Made by a program: the position numbers and the translations under genes. Of a stretch of 64,000 nucleotides of DNA, positions 40,819-50,970 are shown piece after piece. Below the pieces are notes generated by a model. It searched no databases and had not been told where the DNA came from. It saw only the letters and a program-made list of their open reading frames with translations. Source of the DNA: Alphaproteobacteria bacterium (lineage in GTDB: Bacteria > Pseudomonadota > Alphaproteobacteria > Micropepsales > Micropepsaceae); the NCBI GenBank assembly GCA_028865545.1, contig JAGWJY010000006.1:31932-95931 (forward strand), in the 5' to 3' direction. Numbering within the stretch: the first letter of the stretch is position 1; each line of letters begins with the position of its first letter.

Positions 40819-42561
40819 TCAGGGCGCGCAACAAACCGCTCGTATCAGCCCCCGCAGCGAATTCCCCAGATACATTTCGCCCGACAGGTCCTCCGGCAGG
40901 AGCGTCGCTTCTTCGCAGCGCCCTTCCTCGATCAAGGCACGGCGCAATACGCCGTCGAGGGCGCCGGCCGACAGCGGCGGCGTCAGCAGCTTTCCGTTGC
41001 GCATGACGAAAACATTGGTGCGGCTGCCTTCGGCGACTTCGCCGCGCTCGTTGAGGAAAACGATTTCGTCGCAGCCGGGCGGCAGATTGGCATGTTCTTT
41101 CTCGTATAATGTGCGCCAGCTGGTCTTGTGGCGGGCCAGCGCGTCACCGGCCAAAACCCGCTGCGACGAAATCATGCAGGTCCAGCTTGCCGGATTCGGG
41201 GGAAGCGGGGCGGTCGTGCAGGAGAATTCGCCACCGTCGGAAAGTGTCAGACGAATGCGCAAATCCGCTTCCGCGTTGGCGACGCTCTTATCGAGCATCT
41301 GCATCGCGGCGTCCGTATCACACGCAATGCCAAAGGCGGCAGCCGACCCCGCCATGCGCGCCAGATGGCGTTTGCCGCGAACCAGCCCTTCATCAGGCGA
41401 AAAGCGCAGCGTCTCGATCAATTCCAGCGGCCGGCGCGCGGCTTGGTAATAGCGCGCCTTCAGCAGGCACTCGGCATATTCGGCTTCACAGCGCGAATCC
41501 TGCACCACCGCCCCGCCCAGCCCCAGCTCACCGCGGCCGCCGGAGATCGTCAGGGTACGGATCGCAACATTGAAGCACGCGGAACCGTCCGGCGCGAAAT
41601 GGCCAATGGCGCCGCAATAGACGCCGCGCGGGCTCTGCTCCAGCTCGGCGATCGCTTCCATGGCGCGTATCTTCGGCGCGCCGGTGATCGATCCGCAAGG
41701 AAACAACGCCCGGACGATCTCGGACACGCCGACGCCGGGCTTCAACCGCGCCGTCACCGTCGACACCATCTGGTGCAGGGTCGGATAGGTTTCCACCTCG
41801 AACAGGTCGGAAACGTCTACACTGGCGATCTCGGCGATACGACCCAGATCATTACGCAGGAGATCGACGATCATCAAATTCTCGGCACGGTCCTTGGCAC
41901 TCGACGCTAGGCCGGCGCGTGCCTTGGCATCGGATGCGAGATCGGTGCCACGCGCCGCCGTCCCTTTCATCGGCCGCGCAGTGATCGCACCATCGGCCGC
42001 GAGATCAAAAAACAACTCCGGCGACAAGCTGAGAATCTGCCGGTCGCCATCGTCGAGATAGGCGCCGTAGCGCACCGCCGAATGTTCACGCAGCGCGCGA
42101 TACAGCGCCCGCGGATCGCCGGTAAAAGGAAAACGCGAACGGAACGTCAGATTAGCCTGATAGAAATCGCCGGCGGCGATAAGATCACGCACGCGATCGA
42201 AACGAAGGCGATAGGCGCCCTCATCCCATTCATGCGACAGAAGTCCGGCATAGGCGCGGCCTGTTGACCGCGACGTTAGCACCGCATCGACATCATCGAC
42301 GACCTGTGGGGCTTCGAAGATGCCGAAACACAATAGCGGCACCGAGCGCCGCTGCGGCAGGTGCGACAGCAGGCGGGGCTCCAGCACATAGCCGAGCTCA
42401 TAGGAAAAATAGCCCGCAACATGCCGCCCAGCGGCGCACGCTGCGGCCATGGCGGCCAGCGCGGCCGGCACATCCTCCGGCGTGTCGGCACGAATCGCGC
42501 CCAGGGGGCGCGCAAACGCCTTTGCGAGGCCTGTGGCCGCGTCGTCGAGGATCAACTCCAT
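40819..42561 (-). CDS. pabB: Aminodeoxychorismate synthase component I fused to a class IV aminotransferase/ADC-lyase-like domain
   Basis: FYQANLT, SLSPELFF, PMKGTA, ENLMIVDLLRND, SITGAPKIRAM; C-terminal LIETLR, HKTS, EGSRTNVF. Confidence 0.9.
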   Translation of the reverse strand: MELILDDAATGLAKAFARPLGAIRADTPEDVPAALAAMAAACAAGRHVAGYFSYELGYVLEPRLLSHLPQRRSVPLLCFGIFEAPQVVDDVDAVLTSRSTGRAYAGLLSHEWDEGAYRLRFDRVRDLIAAGDFYQANLTFRSRFPFTGDPRALYRALREHSAVRYGAYLDDGDRQILSLSPELFFDLAADGAITARPMKGTAARGTDLASDAKARAGLASSAKDRAENLMIVDLLRNDLGRIAEIASVDVSDLFEVETYPTLHQMVSTVTARLKPGVGVSEIVRALFPCGSITGAPKIRAMEAIAELEQSPRGVYCGAIGHFAPDGSACFNVAIRTLTISGGRGELGLGGAVVQDSRCEAEYAECLLKARYYQAARRPLELIETLRFSPDEGLVRGKRHLARMAGSAAAFGIACDTDAAMQMLDKSVANAEADLRIRLTLSDGGEFSCTTAPLPPNPASWTCMISSQRVLAGDALARHKTSWRTLYEKEHANLPPGCDEIVFLNERGEVAEGSRTNVFVMRNGKLLTPPLSAGALDGVLRRALIEEGRCEEATLLPEDLSGEMYLGNSLRGLIRAVCCAP

Positions 42562-42639
42562 GGTGGCGCGTTTGTGCCCTGCCTGCGGCATGGGGGCAAC
42601 GCCGACGCAAGGTTCGGTTCATGATATTCCCTGGCATCC

Positions 42640-42667
42640 CTTGATTAGGGGACGGAACTCCCTACAT
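42640..42667 (+). promoter_or_regulatory. RpoH (sigma32) heat-shock promoter candidate
   Basis: CTTGAT-N15-CCTACAT versus alphaproteobacterial CTTGAA-N15/16-CCTATAT, upstream of a small heat-shock gene. Confidence 0.6.
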
Positions 42668-42734
42668 CCTGTGTGGAGGCGGCGCCTTTTAGGGCCGCAT
42701 AACTGCAGCGAAGCCGCTTAAGGAGGGCTTGGCG

Positions 42735-43166
42735 ATGAACAGGACCGTATTCTTCAACAGCCCGTTCTTGCTGGGTTTCGAGCACCTAGAACAGCTCCTG
42801 GAGCGTACCGCCAAGAGCGCCGGCGACGGATACCCCCCCTACAACATCGAACAGACCGATGCGGAGAAGCTGCGCATTACCTTGGCCGTAGCAGGCTTTT
42901 CTCGCGAAGAATTGAATGTGACGGTGGAAGATCGCCAACTCGTCATCCGCGGCAAGCAGAGCGACAACGCCGACCGGAATTTCCTGCATCGCGGCATTGC
43001 GGCAAGGCAGTTTCAACGTGCGTTCGTATTGGCGGAAGGCATCGAAGTGACCGGAGCAACGCTGGAAAACGGCTTGCTGACGGTCGATCTCGCCCGCCCC
43101 AAACACAACACAATTGTGCGTACCATAGACATCCGAACGGGGCGCAACGAAAGGGCCGTGTCATGA
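42735..43166 (+). CDS. Hsp20/alpha-crystallin small heat-shock protein
   Basis: GYPPYNIE, LAVAGFS, FLHRGIAARQFQRAFVLA, LENGLL; AGGAGG SD. Confidence 0.93.
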   Translation: MNRTVFFNSPFLLGFEHLEQLLERTAKSAGDGYPPYNIEQTDAEKLRITLAVAGFSREELNVTVEDRQLVIRGKQSDNADRNFLHRGIAARQFQRAFVLAEGIEVTGATLENGLLTVDLARPKHNTIVRTIDIRTGRNERAVS

Positions 43167-43402
43167 TCGACAAGACGTTCCCTGAAATGACCGACGCCGG
43201 CCGTATCGCGTACATCAAGCCTACGGGCAGCGCGGAAGCGCATCGTCTTGGCATCATCCCGCCGGGGATTGAATTGCCGCCCGGTACCAAGCTCTATGTG
43301 CTGCATGCCGTGGACGGCAGCGTGCTCGGCTACACCGACGCGTATGACAGCGCTTATGGCGCGGCGGTGCAGAACGAACTGACGCCCGTGAGCGTGCACT
43401 AA
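43163..43402 (+). CDS. DUF1150 family protein
   Basis: IAYIKP, LYVLHAVDG, AAVQNELTPVSVH; typically follows hsp20. Confidence 0.8.
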   Translation: MIDKTFPEMTDAGRIAYIKPTGSAEAHRLGIIPPGIELPPGTKLYVLHAVDGSVLGYTDAYDSAYGAAVQNELTPVSVH

Positions 43403-43412
43403 AAAACAGGAT

Positions 43413-43886
43413 TTACGCCGCGACGGAGCTTGCGCCGCCCGCTGGTTCGCTGAGGATTGCGTAAAGCGCCTCGGCGGTGGTCGCCGCGCGCAGCTTCTCG
43501 CAGGCGACCTGATTGCGCAGCAGCCGCGAGACGCGCGCCAGCGCCTTCAAATGGTCGGCGCCCGCGCCTTCCGGCGCCAGCAACATGAAGACGAGGTCGA
43601 CCGGCTGGTTGTCGACGGCCTCGTATTCGATCGGCGTTTCCAGGCGCGCGAAAACGCCGACAATTTTTTCGATGTCGGAAAGCCGGCCGTGCGGGATCGC
43701 GATTCCCTGCCCCACGCCCGTGGTACCCAGACGCTCGCGCTCGTTGAGCGTCTCGTAGATACGACGCTCCGGAATATGCACGAGCGCAGCGGCCCGCGCC
43801 GACAATTCCTGGAGAAGCTGTTTCTTGCCTTGGACCTTCAACGCCGCAACAACGCCTTCGGGACTAAGCAAATCCGCAATCTGCAT
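43413..43886 (-). CDS. ptsN: PTS IIA(Ntr) protein
   Basis: RERLGTTGVGQGIAIPHGR, VDNQPVDLVFML, HLKALARVSR. Confidence 0.95.
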   Translation of the reverse strand: MQIADLLSPEGVVAALKVQGKKQLLQELSARAAALVHIPERRIYETLNERERLGTTGVGQGIAIPHGRLSDIEKIVGVFARLETPIEYEAVDNQPVDLVFMLLAPEGAGADHLKALARVSRLLRNQVACEKLRAATTAEALYAILSEPAGGASSVAA

Positions 43887-44085
43887 GACGGCCCTATTAT
43901 TGAGGTTTACGCCGGGGTCAGGCTAGGCGCCCATCCAACCGTTACACCGCAAGCCCACGCTTGTCTCGTGTCATTCCGTGGCCCGCCGCACCGCATCTTG
44001 CGTCACAAAAACTGCGCATTCGTCGGGCCTCCTTCGAAGGGCGCGGACCATTAGTCCGCACTTTTCCCAAAGTCAACGCTTGAAA

Positions 44086-45609
44086 TTAACGAAGTCCGGC
44101 CATGGCCGGTTCTCCGCCTTTGAGTCTGCGCCTTTCCACTGAGGAAGGAATACGCATCGCCTCACGATATTTTGCGACGGTGCGCCTTGCGATATTCACA
44201 CCATCGGCGGTGAGCAGCGCCACGATACGATCGTCAGAGAGGACTTCGTCGGTGCCTTCGCGCTCGATCATCTCGCGGATACGATCGCGCACGGCCTCGG
44301 CGGAATGGCATTCCGCGCCGTTCACCGACTGAATCGAAGCGGTAAAGAAGTATTTCAGTTCGAACAAACCGCGCGGCGTCGAGATGTATTTGTTCGAGGT
44401 GACACGGCTGACCGTCGATTCGTGCATGCTGATCGCGTCGGCGATCGTGCGCAGATTCAACGGCCTGAGATGGCGCACGCCATATGCCAGAAAGCCGTCC
44501 TGCTGGCGCACGATTTCGCTCGCGACCTTCAGTATCGTGCGGGCGCGTTGGTCAAGGCTCTTCACCAGCCAGTTGGCGTTGTTCAGGCATTCCGTGAGGT
44601 AATTCTTGGAATCCTTGTCGCGGGCATGCGACGAGACCTTTGCGTAATACCGCGCGTTGACCAATAGGCGCGGCAGCGTGTCCGCGTTCAGTTCCACGTG
44701 CCAGCCGCCATCGGATCCTTCGCGCACGATCACGTCCGGCACAACGGGCTGCACCGGCTCGTTGTCGAACGACAAACCAGGTTTGGGCGACAGATCGCGG
44801 ATTTCCGCGATCATATCCGTGATGTCGGCGGCATCGACGCCGCATAGCTGGGCGAGCTGCGCATGGTCCCGACGGGCGACCAAATCGAGATGCGCGAGCA
44901 TCGCCTGCATCGCCGGGTCGAGACGATCCTTGTCCTTCAGCTGCAGCGCCAGACATTCGGCGAGATCGCGCGCACCGATACCGATGGGATCAAAACCCTG
45001 CAATACTTTCACCGTCTCCTCGACGGTGCGGATTTCCGCGCCCAACCGTTGCGCCACTTCCTCAAGATCGGCGCGCAGATAACCCGCTTCGTCGATTGCG
45101 TCGATCAGCGACACGCAGATCAGGCGCTTCTCGGTATCGAGCGCCGCAATCGCCAACTGGCCTAGCAGATAATCCTTCAGCGAGCCGCCGTCAGCGACGG
45201 TGGATTCCAGCAAATCCTCGTCGCCTTCGAAGCGCTGGGAAGATTTAACTGTCGTCCAATCGGCGAGCGGTGCGCTGGGCACGCTCGGTGCGACGGACGA
45301 CGCCAGCTCGTCATTGTCATAAAGATTGTCATGCGAGGTATCCATTTCCTCGCATTTAGAGAAATCCTCGCGCGCCAGCGACGCTTCGAGCGGTTCATCC
45401 TTCGCCACAGACTCGGTGGGGGCGCGCTCGGCATCGAGCACCGGCACGCTGTCGTCGCGCTCAAGCAGTGGATTTTTCTCGAGTTCCTGCTCGCAATACT
45501 CGGCGAGTTCAACGTTGGACAATTGCAGCAGCTTGATGGCCTGCTGCAATTGCGGGGTCATGACCAGGGACTGGCCTTGCCTGACCTCCAGCCGTTGCGT
45601 CAGCGCCAT
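44086..45609 (-). CDS. rpoN: RNA polymerase sigma-54 factor
   Basis: QSLVMTPQLQQAIKLLQL, MHESTVSRVT, RpoN box ARRTVAKYRE. Confidence 0.97.
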   Translation of the reverse strand: MALTQRLEVRQGQSLVMTPQLQQAIKLLQLSNVELAEYCEQELEKNPLLERDDSVPVLDAERAPTESVAKDEPLEASLAREDFSKCEEMDTSHDNLYDNDELASSVAPSVPSAPLADWTTVKSSQRFEGDEDLLESTVADGGSLKDYLLGQLAIAALDTEKRLICVSLIDAIDEAGYLRADLEEVAQRLGAEIRTVEETVKVLQGFDPIGIGARDLAECLALQLKDKDRLDPAMQAMLAHLDLVARRDHAQLAQLCGVDAADITDMIAEIRDLSPKPGLSFDNEPVQPVVPDVIVREGSDGGWHVELNADTLPRLLVNARYYAKVSSHARDKDSKNYLTECLNNANWLVKSLDQRARTILKVASEIVRQQDGFLAYGVRHLRPLNLRTIADAISMHESTVSRVTSNKYISTPRGLFELKYFFTASIQSVNGAECHSAEAVRDRIREMIEREGTDEVLSDDRIVALLTADGVNIARRTVAKYREAMRIPSSVERRRLKGGEPAMAGLR

Positions 45610-45625
45610 GGTCTGCCTCGCGTGC

Positions 45626-46408
45626 TCACAGCGAGAACCGTTCGCCGAGATAGACGCGGCGCACATCGCGATCGCTCACGATGTCGTCCGGCGTACCTTC
45701 TCTCAGCACATGGCCGTCATGCAGGATGTAGGCGCGGTCGATGATGTCGAGCGCATCGCGTACGTTGTGGTCGGTGATCAGAACCCCGACGCCGCGATCC
45801 TTCAGATGCTTCACCAGCGCGCGGATTTCGTTCACCGCGATGGGATCGATGCCCGCCAGTGGCTCGTCGAGCAGGATGTAAGACGGGTGGGTGGCCAGGG
45901 CCCGGGCGATCTCCACCCGGCGGCGCTCACCGCCCGACAGCGCGATCGCCGGCGTGTTGCGCACATGGGTGACGCCGAATTCGGCGAGCAATTCCTCGAC
46001 GGCCGCTTCCAGCATGCCGGGTTCGGGCTCCACCAGCTCGGCAGTGGCGCGGATGTTCTCCTCGGCTGTCAGACCGCGGAAGATAGAGGCCTCCTGCGGC
46101 AGGTAGCCGATGCCGAGCCGCGCACGGCGGTACATGGGCAGACGTGTGACGTCATAGCCATCAACCTCGATGGTGCCACCGTCGACCGGAATGAGGCCGG
46201 TAATCATATAGAAGCAGGTGGTCTTGCCGGCGCCGTTGGGGCCCAGAAGACCGACCACCTCGCCGCGCTTGACCGACAGGCTGACCGAGCGGACCACAGG
46301 TCGCTTGTTGAAACTCTTGGCTATCCTGGTGACAACAAGGCCCTTACCGCCCTCCACGACATGGGGGCGGCGCTGCTGGTTGGTGTCGGCAGTCGGTGTC
46401 TGTGCCAT
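45626..46408 (-). CDS. lptB: LPS export ABC ATPase
   Basis: GPNGAGKTTCFY, GYLPQEASIFR, LSGGERRRVEIARAL, LITDHNVR. Confidence 0.96.
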   Translation of the reverse strand: MAQTPTADTNQQRRPHVVEGGKGLVVTRIAKSFNKRPVVRSVSLSVKRGEVVGLLGPNGAGKTTCFYMITGLIPVDGGTIEVDGYDVTRLPMYRRARLGIGYLPQEASIFRGLTAEENIRATAELVEPEPGMLEAAVEELLAEFGVTHVRNTPAIALSGGERRRVEIARALATHPSYILLDEPLAGIDPIAVNEIRALVKHLKDRGVGVLITDHNVRDALDIIDRAYILHDGHVLREGTPDDIVSDRDVRRVYLGERFSL

Positions 46409-46448
46409 GCGAGAACTGTGCCTGTTTGTGTTTAAGGAACTGTGAAAC

Positions 46449-46961
46449 CTACGGTTTTTGGGTCGCCTGCGAGCTCGGTGTAAACAATCCCTGAACGCGA
46501 CCACCCGTCCCGGTGGCGCCCCCAAGCACGGCCTGTCCGGTAATCAAGTTGACGGTCAGAAGCGGCCCCCGCATGACGTTCTGGTTCTTGGTCAGCACGA
46601 CATGGCCCGACAGCGTGACAATGCGCGGATTGACGTCATAGACGGCGCCGTCGCCGGTCGCCGTACCGGACGGCGCCGTGACGACCACGCCGCCCTGCGC
46701 AAAAATCTTCGACGCCTTGCCATCGACGACGTTGATACGCACCGCGTCGGCGCGCATGCGTATTTCGCCCTGATGGACCACGACATCTCCCGAATAGATG
46801 GCGGTCTTGGTGTTGGCATCGGCGCTGAAATTATTGGCCGTCACCTCAATCGGCGCGTTGGGATCCTTTAGCGCGCCTAAGGTCGTTTGTGCGTTCTGCT
46901 GCGCATACGCGGCCGCACCGACCGCCAGCAGGGCGGCGAACGTCAAAGTCGCGCGCATCAT
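46449..46961 (-). CDS. lptA: LPS transport periplasmic protein
   Basis: Signal peptide, PIEVTA, OstA-like beta strands, GGRVQGLF. Confidence 0.88.
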   Translation of the reverse strand: MMRATLTFAALLAVGAAAYAQQNAQTTLGALKDPNAPIEVTANNFSADANTKTAIYSGDVVVHQGEIRMRADAVRINVVDGKASKIFAQGGVVVTAPSGTATGDGAVYDVNPRIVTLSGHVVLTKNQNVMRGPLLTVNLITGQAVLGGATGTGGRVQGLFTPSSQATQKP

Positions 46962-47674
46962 CGCTTCACCTTCTTCGGATACATCGTCATCTGCACATGG
47001 CCCCTGAGGACAATCCGGCGCTTGAGCCGGTCGATCTTAAAACTGTCGGCGCTCAGCGAACCGAGCGGGCCTTGTCCCGTCACCTTTTGCTGTCCCTTGA
47101 AGATGCCCTGCCGCAAATTGACATCGGCGCTCTGGGTGTGAAGCTCATAACCGGTGTCGGTATAGACGGACAGGCCGCCGTCGAGCTTCAAGGTGCCGGC
47201 ATCCATGTCGAAGAAGCCGTGCGCGGCGGAGGCGTTGATCCACTGCGCACCGTCGAGTTGAATATCGGCGTCAACTTTTTCCAGCGTGGCCTGCCGGCGG
47301 TTCTTGGCATTTTGAACTGCCGCAGCGGCGGTTATCGTGAAAGGATTGCCCTTGCCGTCCGCGCCCGTCAGTTTTGGTCTTATCATCGCCAGATCGTTGC
47401 GGATCGTGCCCATGTGCTGATAGGTCAGCGACATGTGGTCCTGCTCCTGGTGGCGCGGGATGAAGGAATAGGCGATCACTGACGCCAGGACCGCCGCCGC
47501 CGCGATGGGCAGCACTCGCTTCATGAACGCCACGAAACGCGTATAGCGCAGGGCATCAAGCGCCGTGCCACGCGCCCTTGCCGTCCAATCCCTGAGCGGA
47601 TGCTCGTCCGGCGCGACCTCACGCGCCGGCAACGGCTCCGCAATCGCTTCGCGCCCGAATCCGTCACGCACCAT
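46958..47674 (-). CDS. lptC: LPS export protein LptC
   Basis: Single TM then beta-jellyroll segments; position between kdsD and lptA. Confidence 0.85.
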   Translation of the reverse strand: MVRDGFGREAIAEPLPAREVAPDEHPLRDWTARARGTALDALRYTRFVAFMKRVLPIAAAAVLASVIAYSFIPRHQEQDHMSLTYQHMGTIRNDLAMIRPKLTGADGKGNPFTITAAAAVQNAKNRRQATLEKVDADIQLDGAQWINASAAHGFFDMDAGTLKLDGGLSVYTDTGYELHTQSADVNLRQGIFKGQQKVTGQGPLGSLSADSFKIDRLKRRIVLRGHVQMTMYPKKVKR

Positions 47675-48682
47675 CTATTGCAGCCCCGCCCGCAGGCAAT
47701 CATGGATGTGGAGGATACCAACGGGCTTTTTCGACTTATCCTTGGGATCGAGCACAAAGAGCTGCGTGATTTTCTTTTCGTTCATGAAAGCCAGCGCCTC
47801 GGCGGCAAGCTGGTCAGTGCGCGCAACCTTTGGATTGTACGTCATCACGTCGGCGGCCTTGCTGGCCCGCAGATCGCGATCCCAGTTCCGCCGCAAGTCG
47901 CCGTCGGTGATAATGCCGACGAGAGCGCCCGTCTTGTCGACTAGGCCGACGCAGCCGAAATGACACTTTTCCATCGCCGTCATTGCCTGACGCAGGGACG
48001 CGCCCTCGTCGGCCAGCGGCAAGTCATCAGCGCCGTGCATCAGGTCGGAGACGCGGATCAACGCTCGGCCCAATGAGCCACCAGGATGAAAATCGCGATA
48101 CTGGTCGGCGGAAAAACCGCGCCGTTCCATCAACGCCACGGCCAGCGCGTCGCCCAGCACCAGCATCAGCGTCGTCGATGTCGTGGGGGCTAGGCCCATC
48201 GGGCAGGCCTCGCGCACCTGCGGCAGCAGCAAGGTCACATCGGCCGCCTGCAGCAAGGTGGAGGCGGGATTGCTGGCCACGCCGATCAACGGAATGTGGA
48301 AACGCTTGGCGTAGGTGATGAGATCGGAAAGCTCCGCGGACTCACCGCGCCAAGACAGCATCAGCAGCGCGTCCTGCCGCGTCACCGCGCCGAGATCACC
48401 GTGGCTCGCTTCCGCCGGATGGACGAACTGCGCGGGCGTACCGGTAGAGGCGAAGGTGGCGGCGATCTTACGACCGACAAGACCGCTCTTGCCCATGCCG
48501 CTGACGATGACGCGCCCTTTCACAGCGAGCAGCGCATCGACAGCGCGCGTGAACTGTCCGTCAAGCGCCACGCCGAGCGCCGTCATTGCCTCGCCCGCGT
48601 AATCGAGGACGCGCCGCGCCGCGGCGAGATCGCCGGATGTTTGCGACGCGGCGGAAAGGGACTTGATGTCGGCGGGAGGCAT
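47675..48682 (-). CDS. kdsD: Arabinose-5-phosphate isomerase (KpsF/GutQ)
   Basis: GMGKSGLV, HPAEASHGDLG, APTTSTT, FHPGGSLG, CBS pair. Confidence 0.95.
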   Translation of the reverse strand: MPPADIKSLSAASQTSGDLAAARRVLDYAGEAMTALGVALDGQFTRAVDALLAVKGRVIVSGMGKSGLVGRKIAATFASTGTPAQFVHPAEASHGDLGAVTRQDALLMLSWRGESAELSDLITYAKRFHIPLIGVASNPASTLLQAADVTLLLPQVREACPMGLAPTTSTTLMLVLGDALAVALMERRGFSADQYRDFHPGGSLGRALIRVSDLMHGADDLPLADEGASLRQAMTAMEKCHFGCVGLVDKTGALVGIITDGDLRRNWDRDLRASKAADVMTYNPKVARTDQLAAEALAFMNEKKITQLFVLDPKDKSKKPVGILHIHDCLRAGLQ

Positions 48683-48904
48683 TTCCAGACCTTGCTGTGC
48701 TCTCTGTGCTCTGCCGGATCTTCCGGCTGCTGACTAAGCTACTGGCATCACGAGGTAAACGCCGCGGGGCCCGGCCGCAAGCGAAATTCATGCCAAGTGT
48801 GGACAAAAGCGCGGCCCGGTTCAAGGCAGCATATGCGTTTGGGGTAAACGCGGTATTCGTAAAAAACCCCTGTTCCGATGGCAAAAAAATCGGGGCGGCG
48901 ACAA

Positions 48905-49516
48905 TCAATGCGCGAAGATGTCGACCTCGCCCCAACCGGAAAGATCGAGATCCACCCTCGCGGGCAGGAAATCGAAGCAAGCCTTGGCCAACTGGGTCCG
49001 CCCCTCGCGCGCCAGCATGACGTCAAGCGTCTCCTTCAGCCGGTGCAGATAGGCGACATCGTTCGCCGCATAGGCAAGCTGACGCTCGGTCAGCTCCGGC
49101 GCTCCCCAATCCGAGCTTTGCTGTTCCTTGGAAAGATCGACGGCCAGCAGTTCCTTCACCAGATCCTTCAACCCGTGTTTGTCAGTATACGTACGAACAA
49201 GCTTGGAGGCGATCTTGGTGCAATAGACGGGCTTGGTGTCGACGCCCAGATGGCGTTTGAACATCGCCATGTCGAAGCGGGCGAAATGAAAAAGCTTCAA
49301 GACCTGCGGATCGGCGAGCATGCGTTTGAGGTTCGGCGCCGCATAGGCCCCGCGCTCGAATTGCACGGCATGGCAGACGCCGTCGCCGGCGGAAAGCTGC
49401 ACCAGGCACAGCCGGTCGCGGAAGGGATTGAGGCCAAGGGTTTCGCTGTCTATGGCGACGATGGGACCGAGGACGAGATCGGCGGGCAGATCGTTCTTGT
49501 GGAGTTTGATTTTCAA
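48905..49516 (-). CDS. rnd: Ribonuclease D-like 3'-5' exonuclease
   Basis: IDSETLGL, RLCLVQL, FHFARFD, CTKIASKL, YAANDV; TTG start. Confidence 0.88.
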   Translation of the reverse strand: MKIKLHKNDLPADLVLGPIVAIDSETLGLNPFRDRLCLVQLSAGDGVCHAVQFERGAYAAPNLKRMLADPQVLKLFHFARFDMAMFKRHLGVDTKPVYCTKIASKLVRTYTDKHGLKDLVKELLAVDLSKEQQSSDWGAPELTERQLAYAANDVAYLHRLKETLDVMLAREGRTQLAKACFDFLPARVDLDLSGWGEVDIFAH

Positions 49517-49593
49517 GAGATTCAATCCATTTTCGTGCGCGGCGCGCAATCGTAGGCGAGTCCGTCCGCGCCCGCAACGCGAGCGAGCCGCGA

Positions 49594-50970
49594 TCAGAAG
49601 TAGCGCACGAGCTGAAAGATCGCGCTGGTGTCGCTAGGCAGGCTGCCCCATTCGCTGTGCCGCCCGCCGAATGTGCCGCCGACATACCCACCGACGGTCC
49701 AACGATCCGACAGATAATAGCTGGCCGAAAGCTGCGACAGGCCCGAGCCGTCGTAAAAATTGACGAAGGAAATCGCGCTGAGTTCGAGATTGGGTATGAA
49801 GGCATCCTGCCAATCGGCGCGCAGGAAAACCTGGTGACGCGTCATTGGTTGCTGCTGGTCGGAGGCGAAGCCTCGCACATACCACAATTCGGGTGCCGCG
49901 GACGGATCGGCGGTGCCGATATCGAGCCAGTTGCGCCAGTCGTTCTGGCCGAAACCAGCCTGATGATAATGGTATTCAAGATTGAGCGTCACTTTCTCCG
50001 CGCTCGTCCATGAAGCCCCGATGGCCAGATCGTTCTGGAAAGCGCGAGCTGCTGTCGCCGGTGGCAAGAACGGCGCCGCGGCGGGCAGCGTGCCGGTTGC
50101 TTTGCCGAAATCGATAGCCTGGGCGATCAGATTGGACTGCACACCACCCGCCCATTCGGCATAGGCGATGACGCTCTGCCCGATAGGGTGCGAGATATTG
50201 AAGCCGAATTTCGTGCGGCCGCTCTCGTGATAGAACAGCAGCTGCGGACTGAGCTCCTCGATCTCGAAATTGAGGGCGAGCAGAAAGCGGTCGGCGGTGT
50301 TGGTCTGGTCGAAACCCGGATCCATGGCGTTGGGCAACGGGCCGGTGATGGCTCTCGGCGTGTGGATTCTCGGAGCAAAGGCGAAGGTCAGAGAACCACC
50401 GTCCCAGATAGTCTGGGCGCGCAACATCAGCGTGCCGAGCCGATCCTCGCGCAGAGCCGACGGATCGGCGGACGCTTGCGCCACCGCTGTGCGCGTCTTG
50501 AAAAAATCCGTGGGGTTAAAGCCCAGCGCTATGCCGTTCTTGAGATTGATGCGCCCGACCTCCAGATAGGTCTGCGCCAGCGGCTCCCAACTAAGATAGG
50601 CTTCGCGGAGGTTGTTGCGCACCGCTTCCGACGGAAAGGCAATGCCGTCCGCTTCGGTGACACTGAGGCGGTCGCTATAGGTCAAGGTCAGATCACCACC
50701 AAGCGACCACTGGTCGAAGGCGTCGAAGCTCAGGCGGTTCGCCCAGTCCGACGAGGACGGCGACGGTGACGGGACCGTCAACGCGCCGCGCGCCGACGAC
50801 AGGACGAAGTCGTCCTCCAAAAAATATTTGCCGTGTGCTGTTGCATCGGGCGGCGGCGCCACCGGTTCATCCTGCACGGCCTGCGGAATGCGGTCGAGGT
50901 CGCCGTTCTCCTGCGCCAAAGCGGACATCACTGCACAGAGCGCAAGACAAGCGGCGACCGCGCCTCGCAT
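49594..50970 (-). CDS. Probable outer-membrane beta-barrel protein
   Basis: Signal peptide, alternating beta strands, C-terminal FQLVRYF aromatic end. Confidence 0.75.
   Translation of the reverse strand: MRGAVAACLALCAVMSALAQENGDLDRIPQAVQDEPVAPPPDATAHGKYFLEDDFVLSSARGALTVPSPSPSSSDWANRLSFDAFDQWSLGGDLTLTYSDRLSVTEADGIAFPSEAVRNNLREAYLSWEPLAQTYLEVGRINLKNGIALGFNPTDFFKTRTAVAQASADPSALREDRLGTLMLRAQTIWDGGSLTFAFAPRIHTPRAITGPLPNAMDPGFDQTNTADRFLLALNFEIEELSPQLLFYHESGRTKFGFNISHPIGQSVIAYAEWAGGVQSNLIAQAIDFGKATGTLPAAAPFLPPATAARAFQNDLAIGASWTSAEKVTLNLEYHYHQAGFGQNDWRNWLDIGTADPSAAPELWYVRGFASDQQQPMTRHQVFLRADWQDAFIPNLELSAISFVNFYDGSGLSQLSASYYLSDRWTVGGYVGGTFGGRHSEWGSLPSDTSAIFQLVRYF

Noticed and set aside
36269-42600. 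Integrative element or prophage at tRNA-Ala
   Set aside because: No integrase, no duplicated tRNA 3' end (attR) noticed, and no phage structural genes.
43887-44085. hpf pseudogene remnant (CNGWMG resembling NIGWID)
   Set aside because: The similarity is too short and is interrupted by stops.
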